NCBI GenBank assembly: GCA_910592345.1
Contig: CAJVPI010000065.1
Location: forward strand, 1-62,149
Source: Paraglomus brasilianum
Lineage: Eukaryota
Length of the DNA: 62,149 nucleotides
Direction of reading: 5' to 3'
Position numbers and translations under genes: made by a program. Below the pieces are notes generated by a model that had not been told where the DNA came from, did not search any database, and saw nothing but the letters and a program-made list of their open reading frames with translations. Below, in pieces: positions 50,034-62,149 of the stretch. How positions within the stretch are numbered: the first letter of the stretch is position 1; each line of letters begins with the position of its first letter.

Positions 50034-53000
50034 ATGTACAGAACTTTGTATCAGCGTGCCCAAAGCCCAATTCGAACAGCATTATCTTTGAGTCAACGTG
50101 CAACGTCACCCGTACGCACACCCTCCGTACGCATACCATCCGTAAACGCGAAGCGACAATTACATAACACAACTCATCGCATACCCACAACATCCACTTA
50201 CAAATACCAACCATTTTCTCTTGCATCCACATCGGCTTTTCGTAAAATCCCCACTACAACTTATCGCACCAGCTATCATTTCTACAGTACTGTGTTAAAT
50301 GGACAGACGGAAGGCAGCCCACACGTATCGCCTGCGCCGCCTAAACCCAATGTCAAGAAAGTGTTGGTCGTTGGGTCGGGTGGACTGAGTATCGGGCAGG
50401 CTGGAGAATTCGATTATTCTGGTAAGTGTGACTTCTCTCTCTCTCTCTCTTTCTGTCTATCGCGTTTATCGCGTTTATCGCGTTTATCACGTGAATTCCC
50501 AAAGTAATAACGAAATTTGATTCATCCTATACTCGTAGGCTCCCAAGCGATCAAAGCCTTGAAAGAGTCCGGCATAGAAACCATCCTCGTAAATCCCAAC
50601 ATTGCCACCATTCAAACATCTCATGCTCTCGCTGACTCTGTCTACTTTCTTCCCGTCACTGTCGAGTATCTCGAGTATATCCTGGAAAGAGAACGTCCAG
50701 ATGGGATCCTATTGACATTTGGAGGACAAACAGCATTGAATTGCGGAATCGGTTTAAACAAAATGGGGGTATTCCAGAGATTGGGTGTGCAGGTGCTGGG
50801 TACGCCAATTCGTACTTTGGAAGTTAGTGAGGATAGAGATGAGTTTGCCAAGGCTCTGGAAGGTATGTGAAACTGTTTCAACTGTCAGTTTATGGAAAAA
50901 AAATTTTATTTTTTGTAACCATATGTCCCTCCAATTAACAACCTTCTCACTCACTCACTCACTCACTCACTCACTCACTCACTCACTTTCTCTCAACCCA
51001 GAAATCGATATTCCGATTGCAAAATCCTTTGCTGTTGAGACAGTCGACGATGCCCTCGCTGCAGCCGAAAAAGTAAACTATCCTGTGATCGTCCGGTCAG
51101 CCTTTGCTCTTGGTGGTCTTGGTTCCGGTTTTGCAAACAATTCCAGCGAGCTTCGCGCTCTTGCCACCAAATCTCTCAGTCTTTCCCCTCAAATTCTTGT
51201 CGAGCAATCGTTGAAAGGATGGAAAGAAGTCGAATACGAAGTCGTGCGAGATGCTGCGAACAATTGTATCACCGTTTGTAATATGGAAAACTTTGATCCA
51301 TTGGGTATACACACTGGAGATTCGATTGTCGTCGCGCCAAGTCAGACTCTAAGCGATGAAGAATATCACATGTTGCGTACAGCTGCCATTAAAATCATTA
51401 GGCATTTGGGTGTTGTTGGAGAATGTAATGTACAATATGCACTTAACCCCAACAGTCTGGAATTTAAAGTTATCGAAGTTAATGCTAGATTGAGTCGTAG
51501 TAGGTGAGAAGGGTGTGATTGCAATTTTATCTCGCAAGTTGATAATAATTATAGATAATGCTTGAACTAATCGACCTTTCCCTCCAGTGCTCTTGCATCA
51601 AAAGCCACGGGATATCCTCTCGCCTTTGTCGCTGCCAAGATAGCTCTCGGACACACTCTCAAAGATATACCTAATGCTGTCACCGGAACAACATCGGCCT
51701 GCTTCGAGCCTTCGCTCGATTACATTGTTACAAAAATTCCCAGATGGGATTTATCCAAGTTCCAGTATGTGGATCGTCATGTTGGAAGTCAAATGAAGAG
51801 CGTAGGTGAAGTCATGGCTATTGGTAGAACATTCGAAGAAAGTCTGCAAAAGGTAAGCAGAATCTTGATGTATATATAATAACGATTTATTATCAAAATC
51901 TCCCATATTATTTCACGGATGTACATATTAATTCATTTCTAAAATAGGCCATTCGCCAAGTAGACCCACAGTTCAAAGGCTTCCAAGCCCTTCCCTTTGC
52001 CGACCTCAATGATGCTTTATCCGCTCCGACTGACCGTCGCCTTTTCGCGGTAGGCAAAGCCATGCTAGATGAAAATTATACAGTTGATCAAATCCATGAC
52101 CTTACAAAAATAGACAAATGGTTCTTGTACAAACTGAGCAATATGGTCAATGTCCAACGCGAACTACAAAGCGTCGAAACTCTTGAAAAGACATCGCCAG
52201 AGTTACTTCGTGAGGCAAAGAAGAAGGGATTCTCGGATTCACAGATTGCTGGATTTTTGAAAAATACCACCGAAGAAGATGTTCGAAAAGCAAGAAAGAA
52301 TTTGAATATCATTCCAGTTGTAAAACGTATTGATACAGTCGCTGCTGAATATCCTACTACAACCAACTATCTATACATGACATACAACGCAACAACCAAT
52401 GACGTTGATTTCACAGACAAGGGTACAATGGTACTCGGCTCGGGAGTGTATCGAATTGGCTCATCTGTCGAGTTTGACTGGTGCGGTGTGTCTGCTATTC
52501 GTGCCCTAAGAAGGATGGGCAGGAAGACTGTAATGGTTAACTACAATCCAGAAACAGTTTCAACTGACTTTGATGAATGTGACCGTCTCTACTTTGAAGA
52601 ACTCTCTTACGAACGTGTCAAGGATATTTACGAACTGGAAGATGCTCAAGGTGTCATTGTATCCGTAGGTGGACAACTACCTCAGAATATCGCCTTGAAA
52701 TTACATGAGAACAATGCCAAGGTCCTGGGAACAAGTCCGGTCATGATTGATAGGGCTGAGGACAGATTCAAGTTCTCCGAGACGTTGGATAAGATTGGAG
52801 TTGACCAGCCAGAATGGAAGGAACTGACAAGCGCCGATGAGGCAGAAAAGTTTGCTGACAAGGTCGGATTTCCTGTTCTTGTACGTCCATCTTATGTATT
52901 ATCGGGTGCGGCTATGAATGTATGTCATACAAAGGAGGCTTTACATAAGAATCTGTTCGAGGCTACTTCAGTGTCTCCACTACATCCGGTGGTTATCACC

Positions 53001-54032
53001 AAGTTTATTGAGGGAGCCCAAGAGATCGATGTCGATGCTGTTGCACATGACGGCCAACTTCTCGTACACGCTATATCAGAACACGTTGAAAATGCTGGCG
53101 TTCACTCTGGTGATGCTACACTTGTCTTACCGTCTAGAGACTTGTCAGACTCTGTAATGAAACGACTGAGAGTAATTGCCGAGAAAGTTGCAAAGGCTTT
53201 CGAAATCAATGGCCCATTCAACATGCAAGTGATCATGAAAGATGCCCAAGGCAGTGAGCCCGAGCTGAAAGTAATCGAATGCAACCTTCGAGCTTCTCGC
53301 TCTTTCCCATTCGTCTCCAAAGTGCTTGGGGTCAATTTCATTGATGTTGCTACTCACGCCCTGTGCGATGAAGATGTCCCTGCACCAGTCGATTTGATGG
53401 ACGTAAAACTGGACCATCAAGCTGTCAAGGTACCGCAATTCTCGTGGACTAGATTAGGTGGAGCTGATCCATTCCTTGGTGTGGAGATGGCATCAACGGG
53501 CGAAGTTGCTTGCTTTGGAAAAGACAAGTATGAGGCTTATTGGGCAGCTATCCAGTCGACTCAAAACTTTAGAGTACCCATGCCAGGGAGCAGTATCCTG
53601 GTTGGAATGGATGAACTGACAGACAAGACCGACTTTCTTCATGTCGCCAAGACTCTACAAGGTCTGGGACATCCATTATATACGAGTTCGCCTGTAGTGG
53701 CAGAGTACCTTAAATCAGAAGGAGTTGAAGCTACTACTGTTGGTCTGCCATTTGATGACAAGAAAACGTTACATAAAGCTTTCACGGATAACAAAATCGA
53801 TTTTGTGTTTAATTTGGCTCGATTGCGCGCACCAGATGATAAAGATGAAAATTACTTAGCTCGACGTTCGGCTGTAGACTTTGGCATTCCGCTTGTAAAT
53901 GATGGAAAGTGTGCTGTGCTGTTTGTTGAGGCATTTAAGAGAAAGAGACAGGAATTGCAACAGTTGTCGAAATCACAAATGCCTGGCGAAGTTAAGAGTT
54001 GGGCTGAGTTTATTGGCGGGAAAAAGTGTTAA
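50034..54032 (+). CDS. CPA2: Arginine-specific carbamoyl-phosphate synthase large subunit with mitochondrial presequence, 5 exons
   Basis: [87 protein letters not shown] and [15 protein letters not shown]. Lacks GATase, DHOase and ATCase domains, so it is not URA2/CAD. Confidence 0.96.
50432..50490. repeat. (CT)n and (TTTATCGCG)x3 repeats in CPA2 intron 1
   Basis: ctctctctctctctct then tatcgcgtttatcgcgtttatcgcgtttatcacg. Confidence 0.8.
50946..50986. repeat. (CTCA)n tetranucleotide microsatellite in CPA2 intron 2
   Basis: About 10 copies of ctca/cact near the 3' splice site. Confidence 0.85.
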
Positions 54033-54998
54033 TAATTATGTGTTACGTGTATAGGCTAGGACAATTATACGGGTGATGTTAATATTCATGTAATAGTTGT
54101 GTAATTTATTGAAATAAGCATTCATTTATTTTGCATATTTTATTTAACAAAAAAAGAAGCAAGTAATAGGCATCGTTAATTAGTGAGATCGATAAAGCAG
54201 AATTTCTCTATGGTGCTTATCGTTTGTATTAATTATATAGAATAGCGTTAACGCAAAAGAGGCGTACCAATGTTTATTCTATTTTATCGTACAAACAATA
54301 AATCCAAACCGAAAAAAAAATAAAGACAGGTTCACTGGCGCTTTGTCTAAAAACTCTCATCAGAAGATAACTCTTTACTATTAGTGCACAAACCAAACAA
54401 TGACTGAGGGAAATTTGATGTTTACTTTGAAACTTGATCTATTCTTGGGATTTCTCTGTATTGGATAGTTTAATTCACAGAATAAAGATATGCATTATAA
54501 TAAAGAACCATTGACTCGATCGAGAAATAAACATAAAAATACATAAACAATCCGCAGCAACAAACAAAATAAAATAAACCAAAAAACAAAACAAAACAAA
54601 ACACAACACCATTGAATTTACGATATTCCTAGCCCTACACTACTACTACATATTTCTAGTAAAGGCACGGAATAGAAGAGTAATAGAATGTCATATTTGA
54701 AACTGAAAAAAAAAGTGACAAAATACATAATTGCTACTGTAGGATATTGTCACTCTTAGACAATCATAATCCCCAGGGTTGTTATGCAACTTGTGTTCTT
54801 GTGTCTTTATACCATAGAGAAGAACCGCAGAGAATTCCCAAGAAGGAACAGGTTTGAACTCAGCAACTACATATGATCTCAACATATTAAATGCTGTTTC
54901 CATTTCTTGTTCCTCAGTACTGGTCTGGGCTCTTATTGGTGAAGTTGAACATACAGAACAAATTACTCTTGCAGGCAACCTCTTGGAATTTGTATATT

Positions 54999-58654
<3,656 letters not shown>

Positions 58655-58731
58655 CTTTGCTCTGTGTCAGACTAGAGATAAGTAAGTGTAGATGACAAAA
58701 AACAAGTAACATTCTCGCTAGAAAACTGAAA

Positions 58732-58737
58732 ACGCGT
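58732..58737. promoter_or_regulatory. MCB-like element (ACGCGT) upstream of kinesin-13
   Basis: Single ACGCGT about 80 bp upstream of the ATG; function not demonstrable from sequence. Confidence 0.25.
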
Positions 58738-59149
58738 CCACACAGTTCAGATTTTTACAACTTACCAACTTGCAAACTTACCACTTTTCGTTAACTTGTT
58801 GGTTCACTTGAAGATCGTACGCTAGAGTAACACTTGGAAAAAGTTCCGCAGGCGTTAATAGCAAGCGCCTGATAGTATCTACACTTGTCGACGAGAAAAT
58901 ACTTGGACGAAATAGAACTGGATAAAAGGGGGGCCGGGGGTTCTAGTAAACAAATAGATTGTACGGGACCCCACACCTGATTTAGATGTGACGTATCGAT
59001 ACCAAAGATTGTCGAACGTGACCAGTATAAATATTATCATAAAAAATTATTATGGTTTCACGAAATTATTCAAAAGAATAATTCCTGATTTTCCTTTTCA
59101 CTTTACAAATACTCGAATAGTAGTGCTTTAATTCAAAGCGTTTATCTGA

Positions 59150-59900
59150 GCAACGTTGCTGTATAATTAGTACAAAGTGGTAACAATAAATTTTGATTAT
59201 TTATTTATTGAACCCGCCATCCATAATAACAACTTCGCAATCTCAGCCTAATTAACGTCCTCACAAAGAGGGCGCATCCAACACCTTCAGATCTTGAAGC
59301 TGACAAAGGAAAAGTTACCAATGTCTGTTATCACCAACTCTTCAGTTACATTAGATAGTGTGTACTTACTTTCGAAACTCGCAAGGATCTTCAAATTTCT
59401 GAATATATAAATACTAGCTTCGTACCATTGTGATATCGACGTTTAGCATACCTTTCGGACTTCCCCTGCAGATAGACAAAACCGCCTGACTCGCTCCGTG
59501 TCATGTGCGTCTCAACTAGTTGGATACCACTTCTATTGGCAAATTGTAGTGCGTTTTTCATTCAATTACACGCCGGCATTTTACTAGATGATCGAGGTTT
59601 GTGCCACATAGCTTTGACAACCCCCCTTAAAGTCAGCTGTCTGCAGAATAAAGTTCTACCACAAAGCAATTGTGCAACCCCCTTCAAAACGTGGTTCATT
59701 TGAACTCGGTTGACACGCTTTAGTTGTGATGCTGTTTTCCTTCTGCAATTTGTCAGTTGTTTGTTACTGACAAGGTCAGCTTCCAGCATTTTATCCATAT
59801 TAACGAGCTACTCAAAAGAAATTTTATACGTTATAATTGCGTCAGACTGCATTGGTGTCAAATACTATGTGATTTGCCGACTCATCGTATGAGCAATTTA
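59150..59900 (-). pseudogene. Degenerate transposase-like relic (possibly DDE_Tnp_4/Harbinger-related)
   Basis: Interrupted frames (MDKMLEADLV..VKAMWHKPRSS; KIYIQKFE; VVIMDGGF) with stops, inside a TE-rich island. Confidence 0.35.
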
Positions 59901-60108
59901 CGCATTATAGAAACTTAATAGATATTTTATCCATTCGGAAAATTGATAAAATCATTGGAACTGACAGTATATCGTCACATTATGATACGCGACGGCAATG
60001 GTAATAAAAGTTATACTTATACGCCATTCTATTTTGTCAGCTATCGAGCTTCAACGAAAAAAAATTTTTTTCTTTTTTTTTTAAAAAAATTAAAAATAAA
60101 ACTGAATA

Positions 60109-60927
60109 TGGTCCGGTGCATAAATGCTCAATATAAGAGGTTTTAATCGCTACTAGCAAAAGTTTTGATGTAATAAAGTAATACTGTATCTATCATTCTG
60201 CATACTTTGATCCATCTACGGTGTTTCCAGCAATTGATAGGCAACGCTGTTCGCCCTTGACGGGAATGAAAAAAAGATCGTTAGTGATTATAAATATTTT
60301 TCTGATTCTACCTCCGTCAATAAACGTAATCAGAAGCCCACACTACTACTACGCAAGCGTATTGCTGTGGTATTGGGCATTTCAGAAGGTACTGTTGGGC
60401 GGATTATTCAAGATTGGAGCAAATGTAATGACGGATCTTTTACACCGTATAAGATCCTTGGCCGACCGGAGGTTCGACCAGATTCTAATATCACCGTGCT
60501 TATTCGTGAAATAATCGTAGAATCAAATAAAACAGGACGACCCCTATCTACGGGAGAAATAGCTAAACAGATATTCATGGTGTTTTTTTACACCTCCTTA
60601 CCACTGTGAACTTCAACCAATTGAAGGTGTTTGGGCTGTGGTAAAAGGTGAAGTTGCAAGGTCTGGTCTACATCCAAATCTATTGGCTATTATGAATAAA
60701 CTTCTTTATTCTTTTAAAGAGAAGGTAAACTCACAGGTTATTACTGGATTATGGAGGATAGCAAAAGATTATGTAAATTCTGATGATAATTCTTTTTTAG
60801 TTGATGATGAAATAGATAATGACTGTGAAATAGACAATAACTTTCTTTAGAGGATGATGTTGAATTCGTCAACTTTTAATAAATTCTACGAAAAAAACTG
60901 AGGTATCTACATTATTGCACCGGACTA
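60109..60927 (+). mobile_element. Internally deleted Tc1/IS630-like DNA transposon with both TIRs and TA TSD
   Basis: Left end TA|TGGTCCGGTGCATAAATG; right end CATTATTGCACCGGACTA|TA. HTH part LRKRIAVVLGISEGTVGRIIQDW..GRP abuts the C-terminal PYHCELQPIEGVWAVVKGEVA motif, with the central DD region missing. Confidence 0.85.
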
Positions 60928-61067
60928 TACCAAGTCTTAAGAAGACGATAAATACTCTAAAAAAATTCAATTATAGAAAAAGTTGTCCGGTAACAACAGA
61001 AATTCATTCGCCCGTAAACTTTGTTACATGTATTAGTATTGCAAAAAAGGGTAAAAATTAAAAATTA

Positions 61068-61266
61068 AAACTAGCACTGGTCAGAGTCAGATAAACTAAG
61101 CTTCAATTCAACATCCGATTTAGTTCTGATTGGTAAACATCAGCAAGATTTCAGTTGCCTCATACTCAGTCACAATTCAGAAAATTTCTGATTTAGTATG
61201 GTTTGGCACCAATCGCTGCCACTGATTTATAAATCAGAAAGCTGATTTGTAGACGAGTGCCAGTTT
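61068..61266. mobile_element. Candidate ~200-bp MITE with imperfect TIRs
   Basis: Left aaactagcactggtc versus right gacgagtgccagttt (reverse complement aaactggcactcgtc); internal (a)tcag/ctgat motifs in both orientations. Confidence 0.5.
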
Positions 61267-61649
61267 ATTTAAATAGGATTTATGAGATAAATTAGAGGTG
61301 AATGTAGTCATAAATTATGGAGAACGGCCAGTGAATTATGGCCTAATTCTTAATAATTTAAATGAACTTTGACATAATTTGCCAATATTTCACCTTAATT
61401 CCAGTACAACAAAGATTCAGCTCTTGGCAGAATTTTGCCAGAATTATCATTGGTGGAACTAATTATGTGTTACTTTTGCTTTATTTCTCATTGTAAATTT
61501 TGGAAGGTTACTTATTATTTATTATTATAATTTCTGGTCAAATTTAATAAATTTGTATTTAAATTTTACCATATTAATAAATTTAACATAAGTTGACTTT
61601 AATTCTGGTAAATTTAAACGATAATACACTCAAATATATGATAAATATA

Positions 61650-62030
61650 AAGAACACTCACGTCTGACATCTGTTTCATCACATGAATACAATCACATCT
61701 CTTCTTGAATAAGCAATAGTAATAGAATAAGAATATCATTTCGTATTAATAGGAAACGTAGATGAATACTAATTATAATTGCAAACAAAAAAAAAATAAC
61801 ACTTACTTCTGACATCGTTACTCTGTTTCATTACATGAATAATAAATCACGTCTCTTACTCTTTCTGAATGTAAATGAGCGATAGTATAAGTAATAGAAT
61901 ATCATTTCGTATTAATAGGGAACGTGGATGAATTAGAATACTAATATCAAAAAAGCGCAAACAAGAAAAGAAAGAATAACACTCACTTCTGACATCGTTT
62001 ACTCTGTTTCATCGCATGAATAATAAAATG
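61650..62030. repeat. Imperfect tandem repeat, ~145-180-bp unit, about 2.3 copies
   Basis: aacact(c/t)ac(g/t)tctgacatc..ctgtttcat..catgaata begins at ~61652, ~61798 and ~61978; agaatatcatttcgtattaatagg occurs twice. Confidence 0.85.
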
Positions 62031-62149
62031 GGGCAGACTGCAACAAAACCAGACAAAGTGAACATTTGATCAGTTACGGCAAGCTGATCTGATGAATCAG
62101 ATAAGTAAGTCACATGATAAAATCTTCCTCCGCAGTCAGCAAACCCATG

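Overview
Eukaryotic, intron-rich, AT-rich fungal DNA, most consistent with an early-diverging Mucoromycota lineage (Glomeromycotina- or Endogonales-like). That assignment is inferred from gene content (Crinkler, TKL-Sel1 kinase, kinesin-13, Pil1), not measured. Blocks of intact spliced housekeeping genes (Pil1/Lsp1-like, EFM7/NNT1-like methyltransferase, STE11, ELP2, COX17, RRN3, glucosylceramide synthase, PLP2, PDE2, CPA2, kinesin-13) alternate with islands of decayed DNA transposons (Tc1/mariner, pogo/Tigger, PIF/Harbinger, Mutator-like, MITEs). The accessory islands carry a pseudogenised Crinkler NTPase-nuclease, a small orphan gene truncated by a 17-bp duplication, and a candidate 30-aa micropeptide. 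The most notable feature is an apparently intact MLKL-like four-helix-bundle + pseudokinase + Sel1-repeat gene, which resembles a single-chain fungal immune/cell-death module. Gene spans run from start to stop codon including introns, with exon boundaries read by eye. Most short ORFs in the supplied track are exon fragments or spurious.
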